Shown here one piece after another: positions 1 through 9,348 of a stretch of 64,000 nt of DNA. The DNA is from Actinomycetes bacterium (lineage in GTDB: Bacteria; Actinomycetota; Actinomycetes; S36-B12; GCA-2699445): the NCBI GenBank assembly GCA_022599915.1, contig JAHZLH010000027.1, positions 73,813 to 137,812 on the forward strand, given 5' to 3'. Each line of letters opens with the position of its first letter. Position 1 is the first letter of the stretch. The notes beneath the pieces are model-generated. The model saw nothing but the letters and a program-made list of their open reading frames with translations. It was not told the origin of the DNA and searched no databases. Made by a program: the position numbers and the translations under genes.

Positions 1-1478
1 TGGACTCTTCGCACGGCGCGGGATTTGTCCACCGAGACATCAAGCCGGAAAACATCTTGATCACCCCGGATGGCGCAGTGAAAGTCACTGACTTTGGTCT
101 CGCCCGGGCGTTGCGAGCGCCCTCCAACCGCACTTCGGGTGCTCTTATCGGCACCGCGGCGTATTTGTCCCCGGAGCAAGTTTCCGGCCAGCCCACCGAT
201 GAGCGATCTGACATCTACCAGGCCGGAATTCTGCTCTTTGAGCTGCTGACCGGTGAGCCGCCGTTCAGCGGCGAAACCTCCTGGGACGTCGCCAGCCAGC
301 ATGTCAATACCGCAGTGCCGCCAGTGACTGAACTGAATCCCGATTGCCCGCCGGGGTTAGCGGAACTCGTGATGCTGGCAACGAAGCGAGATCCTAGCCA
401 GCGACTCGCAACGGTCGGCGAATTCCGGGCCCGAGCAGCAGCGCTGCTTGCTGATCTGCCCGCTGCCGGACCTTTGACCACTGCTGGCTCCGATGTGACT
501 ACCGCTGATCAGCCGTATCCAAGCCAAGACGATGAAGCCACAACTACTGCTGCGGCTCCGGCAGCAGCGGGGCGCAACAACGATGGATCAGCCACGGATT
601 GGGGGCGAAAGATCGGCATTGTCGCGGTGATCCTGCTGTTGGTTGCTGGGCTGGCGGCATTCCTCTGGTTCAATCCACTGGCACGCGCCGAAGTACCCAA
701 TGTGTCGGGCGACAAGCCGGAAAAGGCCATCGAAAAGCTGACCACCGCGGGTTTTGTAGCAATCGTGGGTGAACGTGCCTTCTCGGAAGATGTCGCCGCA
801 GATCGAGTGATCCGGACCGACCCAGAGGCTGGTGCGAGTGCACGCGAAGGCTCCGAGGTGGGCTTGGTGGTTTCGCTCGGCCCAGAACGCTACGCAGTGC
901 CCAATGTGAGTGGCGAAAGACCGGAAGAAGCCATCGAGATCATGGCTGCCACTAATCTGCAGGTCGTCGGAGAACGCAAGAAGTTTGATGACGACATCGA
1001 CAAAGGGCTCGTGATCGGCACCGATCCGAAGACCGGAACCAAAGCGAAACGGGATGCCCCCATCACCCTGCTGGTATCGAAGGGCCCGGCACCGGTGCAG
1101 GTACCCAGCCTCGGCGGAATGTCGGAAGAGTCCGCTCGCGATCAACTGTCCGACCTGGGCTTGTCGCCGCGAATCACCATGCAGGAATCAGAGACCGTCC
1201 CAGAGGGGAAGGTAATCCAGACCGTGCCTGCTTCCGGGGCAAAGGTGTACCGGGGCGACTCAGTGGAAGTCATCGTGTCCGATGGGCCACCGCCGGTAGA
1301 GGTCCCCAACGTGATTGATTTACCTCGCGCCGAAGCCGTGGCCATCTTGGAAGCGGCAGGATTCAAAGTAAAAATCTCCGAGGGTGTCGTCACCCCATTG
1401 GATCGGGTGTACGAAACAGATCCGGACCCCGGAACCGATGCGCCCGCTGGCAGCACCATTACGGTCAGCATCTTCTGA
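1..1478 (+). CDS. Ser/Thr protein kinase, PknB/PknL-like, 5'-truncated by the window edge (kinase C-lobe, TM helix, four PASTA repeats)
   Basis: Frame 3 is open from nt 3 and reads ..[20 protein letters not shown]. The tracked ORF 57..1478 only starts at an internal TTG. A TM segment [20 protein letters not shown] is followed by 4 repeats of about 65 aa, each beginning VPNV/VPSL (PASTA-like). Confidence 0.93.
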   Translation, partial: DSSHGAGFVHRDIKPENILITPDGAVKVTDFGLARALRAPSNRTSGALIGTAAYLSPEQVSGQPTDERSDIYQAGILLFELLTGEPPFSGETSWDVASQHVNTAVPPVTELNPDCPPGLAELVMLATKRDPSQRLATVGEFRARAAALLADLPAAGPLTTAGSDVTTADQPYPSQDDEATTTAAAPAAAGRNNDGSATDWGRKIGIVAVILLLVAGLAAFLWFNPLARAEVPNVSGDKPEKAIEKLTTAGFVAIVGERAFSEDVAADRVIRTDPEAGASAREGSEVGLVVSLGPERYAVPNVSGERPEEAIEIMAATNLQVVGERKKFDDDIDKGLVIGTDPKTGTKAKRDAPITLLVSKGPAPVQVPSLGGMSEESARDQLSDLGLSPRITMQESETVPEGKVIQTVPASGAKVYRGDSVEVIVSDGPPPVEVPNVIDLPRAEAVAILEAAGFKVKISEGVVTPLDRVYETDPDPGTDAPAGSTITVSIF

Positions 1479-1575
1479 CAACCCGCTGGCATTGCGAGCA
1501 GGTCACACTCCGGCGCGCCTCTGCCCGCACAGTGTCGCTGACCGCTAGGAATGGGCTAGCGACGAAGGGAGCATC

Positions 1576-2160
1576 ATGTCGCAAGAAACCACCGCAGCTG
1601 AGCGGGAAGAGGCAGTATTCATCGGTAAGTACTGGTGGCTGTACTTGGTCACCGGCATTCTGTGGCTGATCGTCGCGCTAGTTGTCCTACAAATCGACAC
1701 CGCCTCCGCCGCCACGGTGGGGTTCATTGTGGGCTTCATGTTCTTGTTCACCGGCATTCAGAACTTCTTTTTGGCCGCAGTCACTCCTGGTGGCTGGAAG
1801 ATCCTGTGGATCGTGTTCGGAGTGCTGCTGGTCATCGCAGGTGTCTGGGCGCTGTTCAATCCTGGCGGCACCTTCCTGGCGCTAGCTGACTCACTGGGCT
1901 TCTTGTTCCTGCTGATCGCAATCTTATGGATCGTGGAGGCGTTCGCTTCGAAGGCAGAAAATGAACTGTGGTGGCTCGGGCTGATCGCCGGCATCCTGAT
2001 GCTCATCATCGCTTTCTGGGTGTCCGGACAGTTCCTGATTGAGAAGGCTTACACCCTGCTGATCTTTGCTGGGGCTTGGGCGTTGATGTCCGGGATTATC
2101 GACATCGTGCGAGCCTTTGCCATCCGCAAGCTAGGTCGTGCGATCAGCCCCTCCGAGTAG
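1576..2160 (+). CDS. HdeD/DUF308-like integral membrane protein
   Basis: 194-aa ORF with AAGGGAG just upstream of the ATG. It has six hydrophobic helices with repeated W/G-rich spacing typical of DUF308 repeats. Confidence 0.75.
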   Translation: MSQETTAAEREEAVFIGKYWWLYLVTGILWLIVALVVLQIDTASAATVGFIVGFMFLFTGIQNFFLAAVTPGGWKILWIVFGVLLVIAGVWALFNPGGTFLALADSLGFLFLLIAILWIVEAFASKAENELWWLGLIAGILMLIIAFWVSGQFLIEKAYTLLIFAGAWALMSGIIDIVRAFAIRKLGRAISPSE

Positions 2161-2267
2161 TAGCAACCCCGATCTGCAGCTTTTCGCGCCGTTCGTCGGG
2201 TCCGCCACGTCAATGAGCTGCCACTGACCGGTACCCTGGGTTTTTCCCAGTTATCCGGAGGATTCCC

Positions 2268-3314
2268 GTGGTTGTCGTCATGCACGCCACTGCCGAAAAC
2301 GCAGAAATCGACGCTGTCGTGGCTCGAGTGGTCGAAGCTGGCGGGGAAGCTTTTGTCTCCCGCGGTGAAAGCCGCACCATCATCGGACTGATCGGAGACC
2401 TGGAGCAGTTCGCCGATCTGCAGCTCGCCGGCATGCCCGGAGTTGCCGAGACGGTTCGGATTTCTACCCCATTCAAGTTGGTATCCCGGGATCATCATCC
2501 TGACCGGTCGACAGTGTGGGTCGGACAAGGCGAATATCGGGTGCCTGTCGGCCCCGGGGTGCTCTCTGTCATGGCTGGCCCATGTGCGGTAGAGACCCCA
2601 GAGCAGACCCTAGAGTCTGCTCAACTGGCCCAAGCGTTGGGTGCCACGATCTTGCGCGGCGGAGCCTACAAGCCACGCACCTCGCCCTACGCTTTCCAAG
2701 GTCTCGGCAAATCCGGACTGCAGATCTTGTCAGAGGTTCGCGCCGAGACTGGTTTGCCTATCGTGACCGAAGTCGTGGATCCGGCAGATGTGGCTGTAGT
2801 GGCCGAGTACTCCGACATGCTGCAAATCGGGACCCGCAACATGGCCAACTTTGGGCTGCTACAAGCCGCTGGTAGCGCGGGCAAGCCGGTACTGCTCAAG
2901 CGCGGGATGAGCGCCACGATCGAGGAGTGGTTGATGGCGGCGGAGTACATCGCGCAGCGGGGAAACTTGGACATCGTGCTATGTGAGCGAGGCATCCGCA
3001 CCTTCGAGACGGCTACCCGCAATACCCTGGATGTGTCCGCGGTCCCCGTTGCCCAAAAGTTGTCCCATCTACCAGTAGTCATCGACCCCAGTCACTCTGG
3101 CGGCAAACGCGAGTTGGTGCGACCGCTATCTCGGGCGGCGGTGGCAGTGGGGGCCGACGGGTTGTTGATTGATGTGCACCCACATCCGGAAATCGCACTG
3201 GTGGACGGAGCACAGGCCTTGGCAGCAGCCGATCTCCCCGAACTAACGCATGAGTTAACAACGCTGGCAACTGCCATGGGCCGCAGCTACCTCGATAACG
3301 CCGTTCGCGGCTAG
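2268..3314 (+). CDS. 3-deoxy-7-phosphoheptulose (DAHP) synthase, type I-beta, with N-terminal ferredoxin/ACT-like regulatory domain
   Basis: GTG start 5 nt after GGAGGA. The catalytic part reads AGPCAVE..LRGGAYKPRTSPYAFQGLG..VTEV..IGTRNM..KRG..DPSH, the KDO8P/DAHPS I-beta pattern. About 80 aa of extra N-terminal domain precede it. Confidence 0.9.
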   Translation: MVVVMHATAENAEIDAVVARVVEAGGEAFVSRGESRTIIGLIGDLEQFADLQLAGMPGVAETVRISTPFKLVSRDHHPDRSTVWVGQGEYRVPVGPGVLSVMAGPCAVETPEQTLESAQLAQALGATILRGGAYKPRTSPYAFQGLGKSGLQILSEVRAETGLPIVTEVVDPADVAVVAEYSDMLQIGTRNMANFGLLQAAGSAGKPVLLKRGMSATIEEWLMAAEYIAQRGNLDIVLCERGIRTFETATRNTLDVSAVPVAQKLSHLPVVIDPSHSGGKRELVRPLSRAAVAVGADGLLIDVHPHPEIALVDGAQALAAADLPELTHELTTLATAMGRSYLDNAVRG

Positions 3315-3315
3315 C

Positions 3316-3381
3316 CTTGCTGGCCGGGCTTGCTGGTCGGGGTCATTGGTCGGGCTTGCTGGTCGGGTTCCGCTGATCAGG
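3316..3381. repeat. degenerate 13-14 nt tandem repeat (CTTGCTGGYCGGG x about 4-5) in the gap between two convergent DAHP synthase genes
   Basis: Read directly: cttgctggccggg / cttgctggtcgggg / tcattggtcggg / cttgctggtcggg / ttccgctgatcagg. Confidence 0.7.
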
Positions 3382-3392
3382 ATTGTTGGCCG

Positions 3393-4718
3393 CTAGTCAC
3401 TGGCCAACATTTCGGCCACCATGAAGGCGAGCTCCAGTGACTGCTCCCGGTTCAACCGAGGATCACAGGCCGTCTCGTAGCGGTCCGCCAGGTCGGTTTC
3501 CGCGACTCCCTCGGTACCACCGATGCATTCGGTAACGTCATCGCCGGTCAACTCCACGTGCAGCCCACCCGGGTGGGTAGCCAAACTGCGATGCACGGCG
3601 AAGAAGTCCCGCACCTCTGATACGACATCATCAAATAGCCGAGTCTTGTAGCCCGACGGCGCTTCCTTGGTATTGCCATGCATCGGGTCGCATACCCACA
3701 CCACTGGCAGCCCAGCGGAGGTGACGGCCGATACCAACTGCGGCAACCGATCTTGCACGTTGGCCGCACCCAGACGGGTGATCAGTGTGAGCCGACCGGG
3801 AGTGCGGTGCGGATCCAGCGCCCGCACTAACTCAACAACCTCGTCTGGTTCCGCCGTGGGGCCGATCTTAACCCCAATCGGATTACTGATCCGGGAGGCA
3901 AAATCTACGTGCGCGCCGTCCAATTGCCGAGTGCGCTCGCCGATCCACAGGAAATGACCTGAAGACCCGTACACCTGTCCGCTTGATGGATCGATCCGAA
4001 CCAGTGACCGCTCGTAGTCCAACGACATGGCTTCATGGCCGACAAAGAACTCCACCCGACGGAACTCGGAATGTTCGGCACCGCATGCGTGCATAAAGTC
4101 CAACGCCCGCTGAATCTCGGCGGCCAACCGTTCGTAGCGCTGACCCGCGGGTGACTGACGGACAAAGTCTCGGTTCCAACTTTGCACCTGACGTAGGTCA
4201 GCACTGCCGTCTTGGGTGAAGGACCGGATGAAGTTGAGCGCGGCTGAGCTGGCTTGGTAGACCTGCAGCATCCGGCGCGGATCGGGCCGGCGAGAGGTCG
4301 GTTCGAAGGGCAGTTGATTGACTGCGTCGCCGTAGTACGACGGTAGTTCCACCCCATCGCGATTCTCGACCGGCTTGCTGCGCGGCTTGAAGTACTGACC
4401 GGCCATCCGACCGATCTTGACCACCGGCAACGAGCCACCGTAGGTGAGGATGACCGCCATCTGCAGCACCGTACGCAGCCGCGACTGCAACGAAGTGGCG
4501 GTATTGGCACCAAAAGTCTCGGCGCAGTCTCCCGCGGTGAGTACGAAGGATTCGCCACGCTCCACTGAAGCGAGCCGTTGCGTCAGCAGCCCACAGTCAC
4601 CCGCATGGACGAGCCCGGGCGTTTGCGCGAGCAGTCGGGAGACTTCCAACACCTCGTCCTGATCCGGCCACGGAATGGCTTGGGCAATCGGACGGGTGTC
4701 CCATTCGATAGTGGACAC
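3393..4718 (-). CDS. 3-deoxy-7-phosphoheptulose (DAHP) synthase, class II (plant/actinobacterial type)
   Basis: 441 aa. The N-terminus (..PIAQAIPWPD..EVSRLLAQTPGLV..), then GDCAE, KIGRMAGQYFKPRS, WIGERTR, DPMHGNT, and the overall length match class II DAHPS. Confidence 0.92.
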   Translation of the reverse strand: MSTIEWDTRPIAQAIPWPDQDEVLEVSRLLAQTPGLVHAGDCGLLTQRLASVERGESFVLTAGDCAETFGANTATSLQSRLRTVLQMAVILTYGGSLPVVKIGRMAGQYFKPRSKPVENRDGVELPSYYGDAVNQLPFEPTSRRPDPRRMLQVYQASSAALNFIRSFTQDGSADLRQVQSWNRDFVRQSPAGQRYERLAAEIQRALDFMHACGAEHSEFRRVEFFVGHEAMSLDYERSLVRIDPSSGQVYGSSGHFLWIGERTRQLDGAHVDFASRISNPIGVKIGPTAEPDEVVELVRALDPHRTPGRLTLITRLGAANVQDRLPQLVSAVTSAGLPVVWVCDPMHGNTKEAPSGYKTRLFDDVVSEVRDFFAVHRSLATHPGGLHVELTGDDVTECIGGTEGVAETDLADRYETACDPRLNREQSLELAFMVAEMLASD

Positions 4719-4765
4719 CCCTCTAGGCTAACTGCACCATCGTGAGGGGGCGATCTGTAGTCCGG

Positions 4766-5512
4766 TTAGGCCTGCTGCTCGGCGCGATCGTCAGGATGTG
4801 TTCCATCGCTCTGCTCAGGGATCCGACCATGATCTTCTCTCAGTTGCTTCTTGGCAGCAGCCGCGTAGATGTCGGAGTAGCGCTGCCCGCTCAACTGCAT
4901 CAAGTCGTACATGATCTCGTCGGTGACCGATCGAAGCACGAACCGGTCTTCTGCCATGCCGTAGTACCGCGACAAGTCCAGTGGTTTTCCGAAACGAACG
5001 CCGATTCGCCGCAATCGCGGCAAAACGTGCCCGGTCGGTTGCGCCTCGTAGGTGCCGATCATAGCTACTGGAACAACTACAACTTCGGCTTCCAAGGCCA
5101 TGCGAGCCGCACCAGTCTTTCCGCGGTATAGCGATCCGTCTGGGGACCGAGTCCCCTCGGGATACAGACCCAGGAGGTGCCCCTCATTCAGGATCCGCAG
5201 ACCGGTGCTCAGCGCAGCTTCGGAAGCTTTTCCGCCCGAGCGATCGATGGGTACTTGGCCGGTACCGCCGAAGAAGAGCCGAGTGAGGGCACCCTTGATC
5301 CCGGTACCGGTGAAGTAGTCGCTCTTTGCCAGAAAGGTAGCCCGGCGCTTCAGTACGAGCGGCAAGAAGATGGAGTCCGAGAAGGACAGATGATTACTCA
5401 CCAAGATAGCGGCGCCGTCTTCGGGAATATTCTCTTCGCCATCACACCAGGGCCGGAATAGTATCCGCAGCCAGGGACCGAGCAAGAAGCGTTTGAGGAA
5501 CCAGTACAACAT
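4766..5512 (-). CDS. plsC: 1-acyl-sn-glycerol-3-phosphate acyltransferase family (PlsC-like)
   Basis: HX4D motif (SNHLSFSDS) and PEGTRS motif. I chose the start at ATG 5512 (MLYWFLKRF..), preceded by GGAAAGGAAG. The tracked ORF extends to 5557. Confidence 0.85.
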   Translation of the reverse strand: MLYWFLKRFLLGPWLRILFRPWCDGEENIPEDGAAILVSNHLSFSDSIFLPLVLKRRATFLAKSDYFTGTGIKGALTRLFFGGTGQVPIDRSGGKASEAALSTGLRILNEGHLLGLYPEGTRSPDGSLYRGKTGAARMALEAEVVVVPVAMIGTYEAQPTGHVLPRLRRIGVRFGKPLDLSRYYGMAEDRFVLRSVTDEIMYDLMQLSGQRYSDIYAAAAKKQLREDHGRIPEQSDGTHPDDRAEQQA

Positions 5513-5865
5513 GGCGCTTCCTTTCCCGGTCGGGATTCCCCTACCTTGCCCCACCAAGAGGCTCGTTGCCTACCCAACCACGACATCGATTCGCAGACGT
5601 CACCAGTTTGATGCACAACCTGCAGTTATCGTTCCAACGACCCGCCTACGCGGGTCAGATGCACCCGATATCCCTACCACCTGGCTGGCACGCTGTTGGT
5701 CGACAGATCGAGGGTACTCATGCCCGCTCGCGAGCTCAGCAGCACCCGGTAGCCGAACGAGACCCGCGAATTGGGGCTGCGCGTGAGACGATGGCCACAA
5801 CGGGAACATCCCCGAGGCGCCAAGCGTTTCAGCCAAGCAACGACCGATCGGGGAGAGGAGTCGAA

Positions 5866-6450
5866 GTGACTGATCACACACCGCTCTGCCGTGCGCCTGT
5901 CGATCTTGCAGATCATGTCGTTCAGTTGCTCGCTGACTCCGGCATCTCGGCCCAACAACAGGCCGCTGGTGACTCCGTGATGATCTCGGTCCCCGCCGCC
6001 GATGTGGAGCGGGGACGAGCCACTATCGACCTAGTACTTCCGCAGCTGTTGGCTGAAGACCCCAGTTCAGACACTGTCAAACTTTCCGATCGGCTAGTAC
6101 GCAGCGAACCGCCGCCGCAGCCGGAGTTACGACTTCCGCGACTCATTGACGGTCGCACAGCGCTTTCCGGCGCATCAACCCCACCCAGTGAAGAGTGGCA
6201 CGACGAGCATGACGACGAGTTCCTTCCACCTCATCCTCCCGAGATCCCCCGGCCCAAGGACCATATTTCTCGCTTCGCTTGGGGCGGTGTCGTGCTCGGG
6301 CCACTGCTGCTGCTGCTCACCGCGGTACTCGGGCTGCCGAACATTCTCACCACCGCGGGACTAGCAGCCTTCATCATTGGCTTCGGAACTCTGGTCGCCC
6401 GCCGAGAGGAAAATCCCCGGGAAGGCTGGGACGACGGCGCGGTGGTTTAG
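5866..6450 (+). CDS. hypothetical membrane protein (soluble N-domain, acidic/Pro linker, two C-terminal TM helices)
   Basis: In-frame GTG 5866 lies 5 nt after GGAGAGGAG. The upstream part of tracked ORF 5566.. looks non-coding. The C-terminus reads WGGVVLGPLLLLLTAVLGLPNILTTAGLAAFIIGFGTLV. Confidence 0.6.
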   Translation: MTDHTPLCRAPVDLADHVVQLLADSGISAQQQAAGDSVMISVPAADVERGRATIDLVLPQLLAEDPSSDTVKLSDRLVRSEPPPQPELRLPRLIDGRTALSGASTPPSEEWHDEHDDEFLPPHPPEIPRPKDHISRFAWGGVVLGPLLLLLTAVLGLPNILTTAGLAAFIIGFGTLVARREENPREGWDDGAVV

Positions 6451-6524
6451 CGCCAACAAACTCGCCTCGGACACGCATTCCCCGGCTGAATCTGGCACGC
6501 TATTTTCAACATGTTGGAGGTGCC

Positions 6525-7754
6525 ATGGCCGCGACCGAGCGGGTTGAAATGCAAGGCCACGTCTTGGACGACGGCAGCTTACCCAAAGTCCTAAACGAGA
6601 TCCTGGGACAAGACGGTGACTACGTTATTGAGCGTTTCGAAGTGGGTAAGAAAGCTGAAGATTCTTCCGTAATTCGGATTGCCGTGACCGCTGCCTCAGA
6701 CGAGATGCTGCAACAGGTCATCAATCGACTGCAACGGTACGGCGCCAACCTGACCGAGCCAGGCGAGCCAACTCTCGTTACCGCTGATGTCGCCGGAGCG
6801 TTCCCGGAAGGCTTCTACTCCTCCACCAATCTGGAAACCGAAATCTTCCTCGACGGACACTGGCACCGGGTGGACCGACCAGAGATGGACTGCGGCATCG
6901 TCGTTGCCAACGGTGCCGCTGCAACCAAACCGATGTCGGAGATCGAGATTGGCGATCAAGTCGTTGTCGGAGCAGAGGGAGTGCGGGTCCGAATGGAACC
7001 GCGGTCAATGAACCCGGACGAGAGCGCTTTCGAGTTCATGAACTCAGTCGTCTCCAGCGAGAAACCGCAAGCCTTACAGGTCCGCAATATCGCCGACGAT
7101 TTCCGCCGGGTAAAGGCCGAGGGCAACAAGATTCTGTGGGTCGGCGGCCCCGCTATCGTCCACACTGGCTCCGGACCTGCCATGGTTGCTCTCGTCGAGG
7201 CAGGCTTCGTCGATGTCCTGTTCGCAGGGAATGCGCTGGCCACCCACGACATCGAATCCAATATGTATGGCACATCCCTAGGTGTCGATCTCAGCAACGC
7301 CACCGGGGTGGATCACGGCCACGAACATCATCTGCGTGCTATCAACCGCGTCCGTCGCGCCGGTTCTATCGCGGCCGCAGTTGAGGCGGGGACGATCACC
7401 GGTGGCATCATGCACGCGATGGTGAAGAACGACAAGAAATTCATCTTGGTCGGTTCCGCCCGCGACGATGGGCCGTTACCCGATGTCTACACCGATGTGA
7501 TTGAAGGCCAGCAGGCGATGCGAGCCGCTATTCATGGGGTGGGCTACTCGATCATGGTGGCCACAATGTTGCATGCCATCGCCACCGGCAACCTCCTGCC
7601 CGCAGCTGTACCACTGGTCTGTGTCGACATTAATCCGGCCACGGTGACGAAACTGTCCGATCGCGGTTCCGCACAGGCCGTTGGCGTGGTGACCGACATC
7701 GGCTTGTTCATGGAGCAACTAGCCACCGAACTCGTCCCGGGGTACCACAGCTAA
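6525..7754 (+). CDS. TIGR00300 / LOR-SDH conserved-domain family protein (function uncertain)
   Basis: ATG 6525 lies 4 nt after GGAGG. About 410 aa starting MAATERVEMQGHVLDDGSLPKVLNEIL.., with a small N-terminal domain plus a Rossmann-like body (ILWVGGPAIVHTG..). The family call is from memory of the N-terminal pattern. Confidence 0.6.
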   Translation: MAATERVEMQGHVLDDGSLPKVLNEILGQDGDYVIERFEVGKKAEDSSVIRIAVTAASDEMLQQVINRLQRYGANLTEPGEPTLVTADVAGAFPEGFYSSTNLETEIFLDGHWHRVDRPEMDCGIVVANGAAATKPMSEIEIGDQVVVGAEGVRVRMEPRSMNPDESAFEFMNSVVSSEKPQALQVRNIADDFRRVKAEGNKILWVGGPAIVHTGSGPAMVALVEAGFVDVLFAGNALATHDIESNMYGTSLGVDLSNATGVDHGHEHHLRAINRVRRAGSIAAAVEAGTITGGIMHAMVKNDKKFILVGSARDDGPLPDVYTDVIEGQQAMRAAIHGVGYSIMVATMLHAIATGNLLPAAVPLVCVDINPATVTKLSDRGSAQAVGVVTDIGLFMEQLATELVPGYHS

Positions 7755-7823
7755 GTGTTCCTAGCCAGGGCCCGGCGCAGAAGGGCTTCACTGATTCACG
7801 CCGCTAGCCGTGGCAGGCGGACG

Positions 7824-8762
7824 CTAGTGCCGGGCGAGGTCAGCGGCACCCGCGATGCCGGCATCATTTCCCAACTCGGCGGCAATAATCGAAGTCACGT
7901 CGTGGTGCTCCCGAGCCACCACCTCGGAGCCAAAAACCTCCCGAGCAGGCTCCAGCAGCAAGTCACCAGCATCAATGACACCACCGCCCACGATAAAGCA
8001 GCCTGGATCAAGTAACGCCGAAACCTCGGCCATCCCCCGACCCAGCCACTTACCGATCTCCTTGAAAGCATCGATCGCCACCGGATCGCCCTTCTTAGCC
8101 GCCGCAGTGATGTCACGCCCCCGGATTCCTTCTGGCGTTCCGTCACCGAATGACAGCAAGATATTGGCCTCCTTGCGCCGCTTGACCGCCAACTGCCGAG
8201 TAGTCCGTACTAGCGCGTTTCCACTCGCATACTGTTCCCAGCAACCAGTCCGGCCACAGCCGCAAAACTGACCGTTGCGCACCAACCGCAAATGTCCTAG
8301 CTCTGCCCCCATCCCGTGGGCACCGCGCTGCAACTCGCCGCCGAGCACTATGCCGCCGCCGATACCGGTGCCTACCGTCACCATGACCATGTCAGTGGAT
8401 CCTCGGCCAGCACCGAACTTGAACTCTCCCCAGGCAGCCGCGTTGGCATCATTTTCCACCACGGTGAGCCGATCGGTTCGCTCCTCGATAGCGGCCTTGA
8501 GCTTTTCGTCTGCCCAACCCAGATTGGGTGCGAAGATGACTCGAGATCGATAGACATCGACCAAACCGGCCACACCTATGCCAATGCGATCGTAGGACCA
8601 GTCGTTAAATTCCTGCGCCAGTTCGACGATGGCATCAACAACAGCACTTGGATTGCGTGCCGGCGTAGATCGCCGATTTTGTGCAAGGATCTTTCCGTCT
8701 TCATCTACGACGCCCGCAGCGATCTTCGTACCGCCGATGTCGATTCCCAGTGACAGCGACAC
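7824..8762 (-). CDS. glk: ROK-family glucokinase
   Basis: GTG start 5 nt after AGGAGG. N-terminus LGIDIGGTKIAAGVVDEDGKIL (ATP site) and the ROK Zn motif CGCGRTGCWEQYASG. Confidence 0.92.
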   Translation of the reverse strand: MSLSLGIDIGGTKIAAGVVDEDGKILAQNRRSTPARNPSAVVDAIVELAQEFNDWSYDRIGIGVAGLVDVYRSRVIFAPNLGWADEKLKAAIEERTDRLTVVENDANAAAWGEFKFGAGRGSTDMVMVTVGTGIGGGIVLGGELQRGAHGMGAELGHLRLVRNGQFCGCGRTGCWEQYASGNALVRTTRQLAVKRRKEANILLSFGDGTPEGIRGRDITAAAKKGDPVAIDAFKEIGKWLGRGMAEVSALLDPGCFIVGGGVIDAGDLLLEPAREVFGSEVVAREHHDVTSIIAAELGNDAGIAGAADLARH

Positions 8763-8786
8763 CTTCGCCTCCTAATCAGGGAAAGG

Positions 8787-9275
8787 CTACTGATTTGGGG
8801 CGTCGGTTTCCTGCTCTTGATCAGACTCGGCCCGAACATCGACGGACTCGTCGACCACAGCGCCGGCTTCGTCAGGTTCCGGCCAGTCCTCAAAGTCCTC
8901 GTCCAGCGGCACGTGGCGAACCCGATCATCGTCAGTTTGGTCTGGAGTGCCGACGATGGTGCGCACGGTGTCGGCGAATTCCACGGCTGCGGCTGTCAGT
9001 CGCTCCACGTGCTCGGGGCTCAAGGATTTCGCCCGCGCCATGGCCTGACAAAACGGACAATAGGCGCATTCAGAGGATTCACCGGGCAGGGAACCAGTAT
9101 GACCCTGCAACGTGGCGAAGGTATCCAGCAGCCGAGCACCTGCTCGCAATGCTGTGGGATCGGACATCAGCCGATCGCGGACAGCGGTGAACAGTCGACC
9201 CGCTTCTTCGGCGGCCGAACCCACCGGATCCGGCGGTACCTCGTCATTGTTGTGCCACCACGGCTCGTCGGTCAT
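8787..9275 (-). CDS. hypothetical acidic protein with CxxC pair (DUF5304-like, actinobacterial)
   Basis: ATG 9275 follows GGGAG. The sequence MTDEPWWHNNDE..SECAYCPFCQAMA.. has a very acidic C-terminus. It lies directly downstream of the ArsA-like gene. Confidence 0.6.
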   Translation of the reverse strand: MTDEPWWHNNDEVPPDPVGSAAEEAGRLFTAVRDRLMSDPTALRAGARLLDTFATLQGHTGSLPGESSECAYCPFCQAMARAKSLSPEHVERLTAAAVEFADTVRTIVGTPDQTDDDRVRHVPLDEDFEDWPEPDEAGAVVDESVDVRAESDQEQETDAPNQ

Positions 9276-9348
9276 CTGCAATCTCCCGCATGGCAAGTTG
9301 GCTGCCACCAGAGTACCCAGCCACGAATCACTTCGGGGTGCACGGCTA

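Noticed and set aside
3316-3381. Tandem repeats considered as a CRISPR array or minisatellite
   Set aside because: The units are contiguous 13-14-mers with no spacers, far too short for CRISPR. There are no cas genes in the window.
5566-5865. N-terminal 100 codons of tracked ORF 5566..6450, and likewise the long upstream extensions of ORFs 6279, 19796, 35644, 40570, 33296-34138, 52101-52973 and 58209-58901
   Set aside because: In each case an internal ATG/GTG/TTG has a well-spaced Shine-Dalgarno or a start/stop overlap, and the upstream part overlaps a neighbouring gene or regulatory element or looks compositionally non-coding.
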